Positions 1 through 14,196 of a stretch of 64,000 nt of DNA are shown here, one piece after another. The notes under the pieces were generated by a model, which was not told the origin of the DNA, ran no database searches, and was given only the letters and a program-made list of their open reading frames with translations. The DNA comes from Octopus sinensis. Its lineage: Eukaryota. The stretch covers positions 18,910,001 to 18,974,000 of the forward strand of contig NC_043012.1 of NCBI RefSeq assembly GCF_006345805.1. Reading direction: 5' to 3'. Every line of letters begins with the position of its first letter. Position 1 is the stretch's first letter. The translations under genes were made by a program, and so were the position numbers.

Positions 1-2593
1 TTTCATTTTCATGATGGACACGTCTCTAATAATGATGATGATTCAGTGATTTGTTTTCTGCTACAGAATTACCATCTGCTGTTTAATTATTTTAAATCCA
101 CTTACCAATCAATTGAGAAGTTTTTTTCTTAACTTCTTCTCAAAGCTGTGATTTTATCGCTTTTTCTCATTCTCTTCCTGTATTTCCAATTCTCTCACTA
201 AAGCTTGCGCATGTGCATACAGATATGCATGCCTGTATGCCTACTTATAATTACATACATTTGTGTGGGTAGGGGTGGAGGTTGGTACACTTATTTGTTT
301 TCTCTGCGCAAGTTATTGTATTTCTATACATTTATTTACGTATTTTATCGGATAATTCCGTTCGAATATACATTTTTTACATTTAGTTAGACATTGTGTT
401 TGTCAATGTGTGCGTATATGTATTCTTTTATGTTTTCTGCAAACTTAGAAAGCGCGTTATTAAAATTGCCATTGTTATTAAAGCTATTAAAGCACAGAAG
501 TGTCAGATTCTTTAGTAGCTGAAAAAAATGACATTTGGTATATCTTCCAGCACTTAAATGTATTCATTAGAATACATTCTCTGTTCAAATGCTACCGAAT
601 CCTAATTCGTTTTCATGCTTTTCGGTCGGGGATATGGTATAAAAATTTCGCCAAAAATAAATTTTTTTTAAATAATTTTTAAAAATGTTTTTGTTTGTTC
701 TACATCACAAATCATTGATTTCATCATCGCTACCTTTCACAAGTCATCAAAAACATTAATCTCTACCTTCATTAACATATAAAACATCCTCGAGTTTTAT
801 CATCACTACAAATATTAACAACTTTACAAGAAATAGCTTCCTGATTATTATCACTGTCGTCATTAGAAAGAAATAATTATCTCATGTCAATCATAATCAT
901 GATTATCCTCTTCTTCATAATAATACAAACCTGTTCATCATCATTTTGTCACAATCACCATCACTATTGCTATCATGACCGTCATCTTCACTACTGTCTA
1001 CGCTTTCACTATTTTCTCTACTTGAAGGTCGATATCTTCTTCATTGAAGTATCTTGATATCACCTTTATTTTTATCACTATATTTTATACTTCCTGCTAA
1101 TTAGTCGATTGTGACTACAATCATTTCCTACTAATTATGTTAGCTCGAATTATTGAAGTAGATTTCCAAGGAATTTCAAAGAGACGTCACATAAGCATTG
1201 CAATAGTGAAGAAGCTCAGACAGCTATTTCAGCCATAGTTGGTATTCGTTAGCCATAAGCTTATAGTAAATGATCTATTTTCAACAGACAGACTAACAGA
1301 ATTTCAAGGTCCATGCAGAACCCACTTATCATTTACGTTGGTACTTTCGTTGTATCTATCTATCTATCTACATGCATACATACAAAAAGAAACACCCACG
1401 CACATTCATTAATCGTACGAAAAGTATTTGTTACGCATATTCATATCAAGACGCCTTTGCATTCAATCATCTTTTCCCGCTGGTTGGTTTCCTTTCCCTT
1501 ACTCTAGACGTCGAAAAGCTTGCGAGCTCTTGAGGATAAGAGATTGAATTGTGTAAGACTGAAAAGATATGTTCCAGAGTGGAAACGGCAAGTGTACATA
1601 CAGATGCATACGAATTCCATAGAAAGAGGATACAAGGAGCAGAGTTGCAACAAAATAAGACATGACAAAAATATTAAAATTCTCCACGTAAGTACACAGA
1701 TGTATCATAAGTTTGTATAAATCATGAATAATATAATATTTTGCAATCTAACATTTTTGGATTTAACATGAAAACGTGTTGCAAAATTGGATAAAGTGGC
1801 GTCGGAATGTAGATTCAATCAACTGAACAAGACTTGTATGCTATTTTTCGTACATAATCGTTTAAAAGTATTAAGTCCATTTGAGAAATATTCATCAAAT
1901 TTACGTGAATGACAAAATTGATGTGTAACGAACTGTCATGTTTTAGGTATTTGCTTGATCTTCCGCTCTTTTACATCCATTTAAAACATAGAACTTAACA
2001 CATGCAACGGATTTCCTTCTGATCCCAAAAGAAACAAAATACAATGTTTTAGTCCTTACCACCAAACCAGGAGGTTTTTTGATTTCTACATTGCCCTAGT
2101 AAACTTTGAAATTAGCTTTTATTTCTGAAAAGTCGATTTCTGGCAAATTTGAATAGTTTATTTAGCATACTGATCCAGAACAGATCAATATGTTTCACAA
2201 CTGATACGGTCTGGGCACACACTGTGTTTGTGCAGTATTTCAAGGATAAATGGGAGCTAATAATTCCACGTCATCACTAAATATCTTTATTACAATATCT
2301 TTATTACAATAACAGTTAAATCTCCACGATGAACACACCATTTTTTGTGAGTGTATTGCACAGACCGGCAACTTTACGCTGTTTAAAATATTAACATCCT
2401 GACACCCATAACTGTATACGATCCAACGTACAACGTTTTAGAACCTGAATGAGTTCACTGACAAATAGCTCATATTATAAAGTATTATTGACTGAGCCCA
2501 ACGGCGTCAATGATGTATGCGAAAAGTAGAAGAAAGGAAATAATTAAAATTGATGATTATTATAATATAGGTAGCATATACAAATATCAACTT

Positions 2594-2597
<4 letters not shown>

Positions 2598-2667
<70 letters not shown>
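2598..2667. repeat. Compound (TA)n(TG)n microsatellite
   Basis: Directly visible dinucleotide runs. Confidence 0.95.
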
Positions 2668-2668
<1 letters not shown>

Positions 2669-3959
2669 TTGGTATCCTCGTGCCTATAGATAACTGGTTT
2701 ATGCAAATAACACCCATCAGGGAAACATCATAACGTTCTTTGGGAGATACTTTTGCTTAGTGGTATTCTGGTTTAAGCACCCCACATAACTCTCATACCT
2801 TACGTTTTGAATTTCCAGGCAAGTCTTCCAAATTTGTGTTCGCCGCACATGAGTTCATACGATTATAAAAGAAAAAATTATTAAAAATTTTCTAAATGGC
2901 TCCTTCTATAAATCCTAATAGCTCCGACCTCTTTCGAATTATTTTTACAATTAGAGTTTAAAGTACAGAGTCCGACTTATTTTTTATATTAACTCCTAGC
3001 AATGGACTACCATTAAGGGCCTCCTCTTTCCATGATGTGGTTATGTGTAGAAAATATTGAAAACCATGAATACATATCAAAGTATCAATGAAACGAAGAA
3101 GGTATTAGGTGGTCATGTTGTGCTAAGCAAAACAGCTAAATCTCCCTTAACTCACACAACCTTTTTTTTTCTTAATCGCATGAATTCTCCTCTGTACAAC
3201 ACAAATTTGCAAACATTTCCAAAAATTCCCAAAAGGAAAAGGTTATGAAAAGGTGCGTAAACTAGAGTTCCACTGTAAGAAATAAAGAAAACACGTTGTT
3301 TAAAAGCAGTGTCATAAATTTTTAGTTTCCCCACAACGCGTCAACTTAATATCCAACACCCATGTCATACTGAAAGCCAATGCTTATGCTGCGGTAAGAT
3401 TGACGAGATGAAGAAAATGTCACTGCAAACAGACTTACTAATGTCCAGATATTAATGATTAATGAAAGAAAAATTCCCAGAATTGAAAGTAAAGCACTTA
3501 TTTTAAATCAGCCACCTAAACACAAAATCAAGTGGTCAAAAAAGATACGACAGCCTTCAAAATAATAAAAAGTGAAAACTAAGACACTAAAAACCAAAAA
3601 AATAACACTTCATTAACAACAAAAAGTAAAACAAAATAATAGCAAAATGTATAATTATTGTGCTCTGAACACATGAAGAATACTACAGAATCCAATCACA
3701 CGAAATTAAAGAAGGTCTAAAGACATACATTAAGTATAGAATTAAATTATAAAGACATCAGATTTCGCTTTGTGAAATTTCAGAGTAAGAAAACACTTTC
3801 AAGTAAATTACACACTCAGCCCTCCGAGCATTTTCGAGCAAACAAATTAATGAACGCATCTGAATAGAGAAATCATAGTTGATATTGAGGACACAATAAC
3901 AGTAGTCATAGAAAATACGTAAAGAGAATATATCATTGATAAACATACATCTGCCTACA

Positions 3960-4660
3960 ACCTGCTTACTAAAAGAAAAGATTCAGAGAAAGAATGGATG
4001 AATATAACGCAGGCCTGCAAGCAAGGGTGCTCACAGCAGTATATTATTCGTGTACCTGAAGTTCGAGTACAGAGGCAATACTGAAAGTAAAGAGTGTTGA
4101 ATCCTAAACGGTGACGTTCATGTCAGATTCACTCCGAGTAAATCTACTAGAAAGAATAAAATAAAATTGAAAGAATTACATGCACTTACCTGGAAGAATG
4201 GGAATAGTCGGATTCAATATGAAAAAGAAAAAAAAAGCACTATTTAGCAAATAATATACACAAATAAAATAAAATATACACATTATAAATGCCAAACTTA
4301 AATCGTATCAGAGAAGAATTTCAATAACGTCAAGATATCTCCCAGAAGAAGTTATTTTTAGAATTAGTAGAAGTATTTTACGGGAATATTAAAAAGGCCG
4401 CAGGAAGGCAGGCAGAGAAATGCGAATTCAAGCATGGTAAAAGGATACGCAAACATGGAACATGATGAAAAAAACAATTGTAAAATATCAATAAGAAAAG
4501 TACCACTGCAAAGACGGCTCATCACAGCTGCGAAAGAACTTAACGACACATTATTTTCTTTATACAACGCCTTGAAAATATTCTTGTTTTCTGACTGAAG
4601 CACATTTGCATGATTATGTGACGTAAGTATGTAACGAAATTGCTGGATGAAAACAGCCAA
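3960..4660 (+). mobile_element. Possible highly degenerate LINE reverse-transcriptase remnant
   Basis: Near 4015-4050 one frame reads ACKQGCSQQYII, weakly like the RT GVKQGCxLSP motif. Many stops; no other clear motif. Confidence 0.25.
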
Positions 4661-4854
4661 AGCTTTAATTAATGTTGGAGGCGATTTACTATTTTAGGTA
4701 AGATTACATTCTGAATCAAATTTCACAGATCTGAACTCTTCCTTCATTCTTGATGAATCGATAAAATGCAAATAACTAGACAGCGAATTGAGTTGTCTAA
4801 AGTAAAAACAACCGAAATTGTTTTTTTATTATTGCTTTATTATTGTTGCTATTA

Positions 4855-5080
4855 TTATAATGGTCCTCGCTACTATAGGAACATTGCCCGAAATTTTGAG
4901 AAGTGGGATTAGTAGATTACATCGTCCTCAGTTCCAGTGTTCGGCTGGTTCGTTTATATTCTGCACGAAACGATGGAAAACAAAGCCAACCTCAGCGGAA
5001 TTTGAACTCAGAACGTAACGGCAGACGAAATACCGCTAAGCACTTCGCCCGGCGCGCTAACGTTTCTGCCAGCTCACCGT
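4855..5080 (-). mobile_element. tRNA-derived SINE, family S1
   Basis: Minus strand reads ggtgagctggcagaaacgttagcgcgccgggcgaagtgcttagcggtatttcgtctgccgttacgttctgagttcaaattcc (B-box-like GAGTTCAAATTCC). Homologous to about 10 other copies in the window. Confidence 0.85.
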
Positions 5081-5112
5081 TGTCGGTCTTGCTTATATAA
5101 TCTCTTTAACTA

Positions 5113-5332
5113 AGGCGGCGAGATGACAGAACTGTTAGCACGTCTGGTAAAATGCCCAGCGATGTTTTGTCCGTCACTACGCTTGAGTTCAGATACCACT
5201 ATGGACGACTTTACCCTTCATCATTTCGTGGTTGATAAAATAAGTACTAGTTTTGAGTATTGGAGTCAATGTAATCGGCTTACCCACTTACGCGAAGCTG
5301 CTGGCCTTGTACCAGAATTTTAAACCATTATT
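5113..5332 (+). mobile_element. tRNA-derived SINE, family S1
   Basis: aggcggcgagatgacagaactgttagcacg...ttgagttcagatacc...gttgataaaataagtactag...ggccttgtaccagaattttaaacc, colinear with the 4855-5080 copy. Confidence 0.8.
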
Positions 5333-6197
5333 AAAATTGGGTTGCTGCATAATTATTGCGGCTTTTATTTTAACAAATTTTACTCAACAAAAACATTAAC
5401 AATATTTAACAAAATCATCTTTAAACGACGGTCTGACCTTCTACCAAGAAAATGGGAAGCAGTAATTGAAGTAGACGGGAAATTTGCTCCAGTATAACCA
5501 TTTAAAGGTGTTTTTGTTACATATTTTTATTGTGTTGAATAAAAATTTGTTGAAAAAAGCCGCATTAGTTACGCACCAACGCAATACTATTAACGTAAAA
5601 TGTGCACATATGGCTATATACTATACTAAATTCACATGTCGACGTTCACAGCCCGAAAATGCTGATCGTCATGAATTGAAGTTCAATTCAATATGTTCTA
5701 ATCGAGTAAGTGATTAGAGGTGACTGACTACAGTACTTCTCTGTGAAAGCTCACCGATTTGAATGCCGTGTAAAGAATCAATAGAATTTAAAGCATAATC
5801 ATCGTCATACCTGATAATAAGTGGCATATACATTTTTTTCCATACCTTCAGAATCCTTACTTTCCGCTCATTCATTAAGCATCTTAGGTTTATTGGCACT
5901 ATCATTAAAATCCCTGAAACTGAATTTTCTAAATTTTCAATGAGCTATTGTTAAGTTGCAGCTGTTAAAAATATGAATGCTGCTCCGCCTCCCGGATTCT
6001 CCTTGAAATTCTTAGATACGTTAAGTGTATAATGTAACCAAAAAAAAATAGGAAAAAGCAAAAAAAAAAAGCAATAAATTGAATATTCAGAATTTTCAGG
6101 AGTTGTATACGAAGGAAATGATTTTCATTATTATTTGCTATCATATTTTCCTCACCGTCACCTCCTCCTCCACCTCCTCGCCCCACTATCAGCACAA

Positions 6198-6198
6198 A

Positions 6199-6249
<51 letters not shown>

Positions 6250-6266
6250 TGTCATCATCATCATCC
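6198..6266. repeat. (CAT)n microsatellite
   Basis: Visible repeat; explains the poly-Met and poly-His ORFs. Confidence 0.95.
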
Positions 6267-8171
6267 TCAATCATTGTTATCAAGAGAAAGCAGTAGCACA
6301 CTGACAGTAACTAAATAATCTCGGGAATCTTATTCCACAATGTGTTATTACAACGACATTGTTCACACACTGACACAGCTCACCTCTATTTAAACTGACA
6401 GCGACCACATTGATGATTACCAAGATAATAACGTTATATTATGCACAAGATTACAATCAGATTCTTGATCATTATACTTATTACTGAGGCTAATTTCTAT
6501 GATGGTCTATGCTATAGAAAATAAAACTCGATACGGCAAAAGAACGTTTGGAAAAAAATCATATTTTTTTTTTTTTAAGAAATTGTAGATCTAACTTTTT
6601 TTACATAATATATACATACAGACACATATACATAAACATGTGTGTAGATGTGTTTTGATGTATATATATATATACATATGCATATATATATATATATATA
6701 TATAACATTTTACACTCTCAGTCAACAAATGTGTTTCATGAAAACAATTATTATTGCGCCTGAGTTATAAAATATAAACTGAAATCCAGGACTATCTACA
6801 TTAAAATGTAAGCTTAGTTTATAAATTTCGAATAGGTAGTGTCTTACTTCCTCACTTGAGATTGTTTACCTCTTCAGAAAATAAATGTTTTCCAAGTTGC
6901 ATTATATATAAATATTTTGTTATTCAGTAATGGTCCTGTTATCTCATTCGGAAATAAATATGCGATATATATACACAATTATTTCTGTACGAATGCTGGA
7001 TGAATGGGGGGACAAGCTATCCATGTAAACTAAACACTAGCATGTACAAAATGCGGGTAGATCATATACTGGAAAGCATTGTATTTAGGATGACTGTGGT
7101 CTATTCCTCAAGGATGCACACCTCTGTATATATTTGAAAGAAATTAGCTTCCTGGAAAGCTCTGTATAGAAACAACGCTATTATAGTACACTCCAAATAA
7201 TGGTGAAAATCTGAATTTGAACTTCTACATACGCATATAAAGATTTGCTGGTATAAGGGTCGCTGAGACCTAAAACAAAAACGCACAATCGAACACAATA
7301 CCACACACTTACATACAAAATCTTGTGGCCACTACCTACTTTTTAAATTACTTATTAAAAACATATTTCTAAGATTCTATGTAATTTCAAAACAATCTTG
7401 TGCATCCAAATAGTTGAGGCGCGAATGAATTTAAAATAGCAGGATATCTACGAAATGCAGAAGGCGTTAGGAGCGAAAATTGGGCCAGTTATAGAAATAA
7501 ATTGATAGTCTTAATAGATTTATATGAATAGATTTAAACATTGATGAATATGCGTGAATACAGAAAGGTATCTGAATACATAAGTAATTATTAATGTACT
7601 ACCTGATTTAATATAGACATTTGTACGAATCTGTGTTCAATATCATATTAATATAGACAAAACACACTTTAATTTCTATCTCTTTATGTATACATAACTA
7701 TGCAATGGTAAGTTTTATGCGTAAGATTTGGGGAAAGGATATGAAACAGGTCATGGCTACATAATTAAGAAACTGGTGAAAGAATTTAGAATATATATTA
7801 AAATGCATTAATTATTAGACATTTATAATATAAAACATTCATAATGATAATAGGATTATTATGCTAATAGCAATGAATATAAAAATACTATATTGGCAAA
7901 TGAAATAGAGAGATTTATGTGTCTAATTTGTTATAGCAAATAATGTAGCTGATAGAATGACTTAATGGAATTATATACCGATATCTATAAAGAAAGAGAT
8001 GTCGATGATAAACCTCAGTAGAGGAGATTCTTTCAACGAAATTAGAAACTGAAAAGTTACCAGAAAATTAATTTGAATAAGTTTGCGTATTTCACATTAT
8101 ATATTTCTTCATAGGGGAAATTTATACATACATACATACATACATACATTCATACATGCATACATTAATAC

Positions 8172-8208
<37 letters not shown>

Positions 8209-8214
8209 ATATAT

Positions 8215-8265
<51 letters not shown>

Positions 8266-8280
8266 ATATATATATATATA

Positions 8281-8466
8281 CGCCATGATAGATCGTTAGC
8301 CACTACACACTTTCTTCTACCCTTGTTTTCTGTGTCGCTTTCTGTAGAAGAGCATAGGCTCGAAACGTAAAGTACATTTTCTATTCTTGAGCATTATACA
8401 AATACATCTGTTTGTTTTGTACACCACCTGTCTTCTTCTTTTGTTTTCTTTTCCGTAAACTCTCCG
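8281..8466 (+). mobile_element. Short non-coding repeat with hammerhead-like motif (PLE-terminus-like), inserted in (TA)n
   Basis: Homologous to the reverse complement of 20327-20537 (both begin cgccatg). Contains CTGTAGA-A-GAGC-atag-GCTC-GAAA-CG-TA at 8342-8369. TA tracts on both sides. Confidence 0.7.
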
Positions 8467-8552
<86 letters not shown>

Positions 8553-8625
8553 GTATATATATATATATGTATTTATATATATATATATATTATATATATA
8601 TATATATATTATATATATATATATC

Positions 8626-8663
<38 letters not shown>

Positions 8664-11600
8664 ATATATATGTGTGTATATATATATACATATGCAGAGA
8701 GAGAGAAAGAGAGATGCACACACATTCATTCATACACATATAATCACGCTTTTCCTTATTACAGAAGATAATCCACAAGATAAATGAAAGTGTGATTATA
8801 TTTTATATGTATTTGGAATGAATTGTTGATAGACTTCATGCCATTCAGAATCGTGTTACTGAAAACATTATATTAGCTTTGAGCGCAGATAAACTACCAA
8901 TTCAGTACACCAAATAAAGTAATTATCTTACTTATTATGTAATCCAACCATCACCAATCTATGGCCAAGAGTTTTATCGATGATGTAACTACTAATGTTT
9001 TCCATCGTATCCTCCGGCAATGACACATTCAAGAAGATAACAGTCTCTGAGAGCATTGCCAAATCACATATTTGGTTTTTAGAGATATATGTTGCCAAAA
9101 GAAACAACTCTACAACAGCAGAACAAGAAAGCTGAAAGCAATTTGGGTGGATCTGCATTTCAATGGGAATTTAGCTGCTGATACAGTTAAGTCTTTATAT
9201 CAAACAAGACTCGATTCCGCACAGATGCAAAACGGGCGTTTATTCAAACATTATTAAAGTTCCTTATTCTTTTTTGTGTAACTTCTCCAACATAACCTAA
9301 AATATATACTCTTCTTGCAGCCCCTACCAAAATGTTCGCTCAATGCTAAACTATTTCATTTCGTCAAACCTAAGCAAATGTTTAGAAATATGTTCATGCA
9401 GCTGGTTTTGATATTGTAAATAATGAAACATGATTCCTGGCAAGCAAATTTTGATGTTTATATGATCAGTTTATACCATCATTCAGACTGCATGCCATTA
9501 TCCCCTTGTTGTTGCCTTTTGAAAATGATATTTTGCAATTACGACACTGTACCTAAAAACAAAGAGAGAACGACAGAGAGAGAGAGAGAGGCAGAGAGGC
9601 AGAGAGAGTGAGAAAGCACTCAAGAAACAGAGTGTAGTCTATGAATATGTTGGATTTTACGAATCCTGAAATTGCTAAAAAAAAAAATTGAAAACCAAAA
9701 TCCATATACAATATGTCATAGACAAACAAAACATGTTTACGAACATCGTCTAGCCATCCACAGTATAAGCGATAATGTTAACTCAGAAAAATCTTTAGGT
9801 ATTTGACAAAATAACAGCCACTATACACACCACAATGCATTTAAAACTACATTCCATTCAACGTAGGGTTGAAACAAGCTCTCTCCCTTTAGACCTTTCT
9901 TTGCCAATGAGAATCTTGTTAACTAGAGACTGGAAAGTGATGTTTTCACTCTAACTTCGTTTCACTTTAGAGTGAGGTGCAAAAGTGGCGCGAAACTCTT
10001 TGAGTAATTTACTGATTATTAATACATACGTGTGCGTGTACATCACTGTTTATGGGTTTGCCTTCGTGTATGTTTATGTGTATGCGCTCATTGATATATC
10101 ACAGTAAGTAGAAATTGTAAGTGAATACATTTATAGACTGTACATAAATCTGCAACTGATTGGCTAATGTATAATACTCCTTCGCTCTGGATTTTGGAAA
10201 TTGGTGGATATTGGAACATCTTACGTGTTATTCACTAAGAACGAGACTTATCTAGATGTTATGAAACACTGAAGCAGGAAACCGATACCTTATTATTTAT
10301 TTCATCAACAATTTGAAGTATTAAGTAATGCGATTGTAAGTAAGGATTAATAGAAATAAAAATAAACTATTTGAACATATTTAGTCCTCCTTGCTTCCGT
10401 GTATATGCACTCACACACAGGCATACACGCTTGTGTATATATGTGTGTGCAGTTTATGCATGCGCATGTGTACATAACATGTACATGTAAATTAATATTT
10501 ATTTCGTATATGTGCAACTTATAAAAATCTATACACGACCTGTCGCGTAAAACTTCACCGTCTGGTCTCTTTCTCCATAACATATAATGACGATTATGTA
10601 AAGGTCTTACAATACATCTTTTTCATCATCGGTGCTAATATATGAAGGATTCAGAGCACAAAATCGTTCGATATGAAATAGTATAACATTCATGAGTTTT
10701 CTTTACGGTCACCAGGTTTTCTCTTTATATGTCAGTTAATGCTACTACCTTGGCTTTTGGGGTTAGCTGTCAAAACTATAAAAGCTGTTGCATCATTGAT
10801 AATTTACTGCATTGCTTTGCCTCGTATTCGCAGATTAATACGCAACAAGTTTACTAGTCAGAAAGGAATATAACGCATAGAATTATTAAGTTCTCCCTAA
10901 TTGTTCATGTAAAGACACAATGACTATAGGTTTTTATAGAATTTCGTCTTTATTTTAGGCACAAATGTGCGGATATTACTATTTATTGAAGGGCAACATT
11001 GTTGCTGTGTAATATTTTGATGACTATAAAGAGGGTAGATTTAATATACGTCATGATAGGAATACTAATCTCGAAGATGGTGGTGATTATGATTGTGAAA
11101 ATGAAATCAAAATTAAGAAAGACATTAATAAAAACAATAATCGCTTTTACTCTAAGTAGAAAACCAACAATTTAGGCAGGAGGATTTCATCGATTGCGTC
11201 GTCGTCGTGTTCAGAAACTTGATTTGTACGTTATTTTATTGACTTCGGGTGGATAAAAGGCAACATTGATGTCGCAATAAGTAAAAACATCATAACTATT
11301 AAAAACTAGAAATATTAACGAATGTTCTACTATATTCCTAACCCACCATACCTTGAATAGCAATAATAACATTAATAATCATAATGGTGAGAGAAAAAAA
11401 TAATAATAGATTTAATAGTTATCATGATGTTTTATTACATAAATGGAAGTTTATAAAAGATTGGGAGAGGCTATAGTCCATTATTTCGACACCAGAACAT
11501 AGTGAAATGATATGAAGACGGTGGCGCAATACTAACAACTATGTAATCTACTTTGTCTTTAAACATTGGCAATCGATAAAACAATTTTAAACAAGTAGTC

Positions 11601-11689
11601 TAGTCAATTATATAGATTATATTTGCTATACCAGATTTCTCTTACTGTGCTTTTTTACTTAGAAATCTTAGCGATAATAATATTAGTTG

Positions 11690-11790
11690 TTAGACTGTCG
11701 GGAAAAAATTCTTTACGATATTTCTTCCAGCTATTTACCTTCTGAGTTCAATCAACTCTACACTTAAGTCTACCTCTGGTGTCGACGGTT
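11690..11790 (+). mobile_element. Degenerate SINE S1 fragment
   Basis: ctgtcgggaaaaaattctttacgatatttcttccagctatttaccttctgagttcaa aligns by eye with the S1 head and B box. Confidence 0.55.
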
Positions 11791-12339
11791 CGATCTCACC
11801 ATTTTCTCTATTCAAAATTACTGTTCTTTTGTCTAAATCAGAATCCTTATAATATCTTTTTAACTATTTTCATTCTGTAATTTCATGCAAAACTGTTACA
11901 CCGTGTGTCTTAGATGTGTACAGCTTCCCCTCATTTATTTCCATACAACATTTTGCGGAGATTAGGCGAGTATAATCTCCTCAAATTCGTTTATTCCATC
12001 CGTGTGATTTTGATTCTTGTTGTTTTAGTCTTTATTTTCAGTTGTGCTTCACATGTAATGTGGGTTGTGCAATTTTATCAGGCTTAAATCATACACACGC
12101 ACGCACACACACACATTACATCGGTTGTTATGTTTGTACATATAATAGTATATATATTGGGCTTGCTATGTTGCATAACATTCCTGGGGTTTATTGTATA
12201 GGGTATATGTTGTGCGTAGAGTCGGTTCTGCGTAAGTTGTTCGAATCGATAAAGAGTCTTTTGCGCAAAATGCGGCCTGTTCATTGCTGAAATATTTTTA
12301 CGGATTGTGTGTATTGTTTTTTGACATGGACCATATGCT

Positions 12340-13790
12340 CCTTTTCATAGTATTTTAAAACCATTCTTAATAACCCAGTTACAAGAAGCTTTGTCTACGT
12401 ATAATAGATTCTGCGCTCCACGAGCCTTTTCCCTGCAACCTTTCTATTCTTCAGGCAGCAAGTTCCGACAGTCAAGGTGCTCGTAAATACTTTCGGAGAG
12501 CATTCCTGGTAACAGTTTCTACACTGATGGTAAGGAAGAGTTTGGTCTATAATTTCTAGGTTCTTCCTTTATTTATCAAACCTGATATTAGATCTCGGTT
12601 AAGGCAATCCTGAAGTTGTTCCCTCAACCTCACAAGTAAACAACTATATTTCTTTCACCAGTACTTTTGAATGAAATCTAAATCTTTGCTTCTTCCAATT
12701 CGGCATTTTCTCCAACATTTTACTCATTAATGCACTGTTTTGTCTTGCTAATTCCCACTAGCTACTACTCCGCTTATTTTGTTTAAACACACCGCATCTC
12801 TATTATGTTTCACTGGTCGATCCCAAATATTACTTTCTAGGTTCTTCTGCATTCGACATGTTCAGTACTTTCTTCTAGGCTACTTCTTTGGCTATAAAAT
12901 CTACTCTGCTCTATCAGAAACAATTTGTTCTCTTGATACTGATCTATTACTCTCTGATATCTGGAAATCCTTCCTTCTATTGCTCTGACATGAAGCTTCA
13001 ACTATTCTATGACAATAACTTTTCTCTTAGTCTAAGTATTTTGTTCCGGAGATGATTTAAATCTTGAGTTTCTTAACTTGTTCAGATCTTGTCTCAAAGT
13101 CTTTACTTTATTTCCTAATCTGCTTCTCCTCATGTCGTCTTTTCTAATCTTTCCCTGAGGAAAAACTAATCTTCTAGTTACTACCACTACTACAACTCCT
13201 GCATAGATCACCTATAATTTTAGTGTATATTAGAATAATAACAGAATCTGATTTCCTAGTTAAATACAACAGCTTCCTTCTGTCGGTGCCTTTTAAAGCT
13301 GGTAATACTTTTCTTTCCTCTCTACCCACTGCTACTTGTAACTCAATAAACATCTTCGGTTCGTTCACGATTCAGTCGCTGCTGCCAGATATCCTTTCCT
13401 GATCAACAGTGCTATTTTCCCTTTAAGTACTGTGGTTTGAATTGTATTGTCTCTTAATTGGGATCTAGCTTTTCTGATACTCGGTTTTTCTTCTCCAGTT
13501 CTGTTGGGATCACTTCTATCTCTAATTCCGTCATTCATATTCTTCCCCTACAACCATTCGCTTGGTCTACAAACCTCTACACAGTCACTTCATGTATACT
13601 CTTAACTACACAAAAACCTTAACATCCGTTTTCTATCGGCCCTTCTTTTATGGTCACACTTTACGTAGCACTGCATCAGTATCCTATTTTCTCCGATGCT
13701 CCTTTCCTTCTTCCTCACACTGTTATCTTTTATCTTCTCATTACTGTAATACTGGGTTTCGTTTCAGCTTTCCGTTGTATTAGTGTTTGA
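12340..13790 (-). mobile_element. Dong/R4-clade non-LTR retrotransposon, 5' portion (N-terminal domain to early RT), pseudogenised
   Basis: Minus-strand translations with stops and frameshifts: ILMQCYVKCDHKRRADRKRML, EERKVLPALKGTDRRKL, YQRVIDQYQENKLFLIEQSRFY, NIWDRPVKHN, KMPNWK, RLREQLQDCL and NYRPNSSLPSV*KLLPGMLSESIYEHLDCRNLLPEE*KGCREKARGAQNLLYVDK, matching R4/Dong ORF motifs. Confidence 0.85.
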
Positions 13791-13806
13791 ATTACGCCTG
13801 TGAAAT

Positions 13807-13861
13807 GCTGTTGTTGTTGTTGCTGCTGCTGCTGTTGTTGCTGCTCCTCTTGTTGTTGTTG

Positions 13862-13937
<76 letters not shown>
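13807..13937. repeat. (TGT/TGC)n followed by (TTA)n; the (TAA)n part is the tail of the adjacent LINE 3' end
   Basis: Directly visible. Confidence 0.95.
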
Positions 13938-13939
<2 letters not shown>

Positions 13940-14155
13940 GTTTGGCTTTTCATTTGTCTTTATACAAGTTGAGTCCAAGTCTCACCCAGAGACCTAAAGA
14001 ATCAACAAGTTAGAGGTACAAGTTGCTGTTATGTCTAGGGTGCAATGTGTTTGATTTTATACAGAGAATTGATCAAGAGAATGTTTGACAAAACACAAGT
14101 AAATTAGAAATTTGTTTTAAAAGTAATTTGATTAGAAAATGATAGTCTCATCGTC
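13938..14155 (-). mobile_element. 5'-truncated LINE 3' UTR (same family as 14772-15090)
   Basis: Shares ccaagtctcacccagagacct and flanking sequence with 14780-14990; followed on the minus strand by a long (TAA)n tail. Confidence 0.8.
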
Positions 14156-14196
14156 TTTATTGTTACTATTATTATTATTAGTAGTAGTAGTAGCAT

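Noticed and set aside
8928-9257. Overlapping 76-aa and 61-aa ORFs in complex sequence
   Set aside because: No recognisable motif or splice context; stops occur in the neighbouring frames.
11560-11960. Possible continuation of the Dong/R4 RT (DLDKRTVILN...)
   Set aside because: Similarity is marginal, and 11690-11790 is better explained as a plus-strand SINE.
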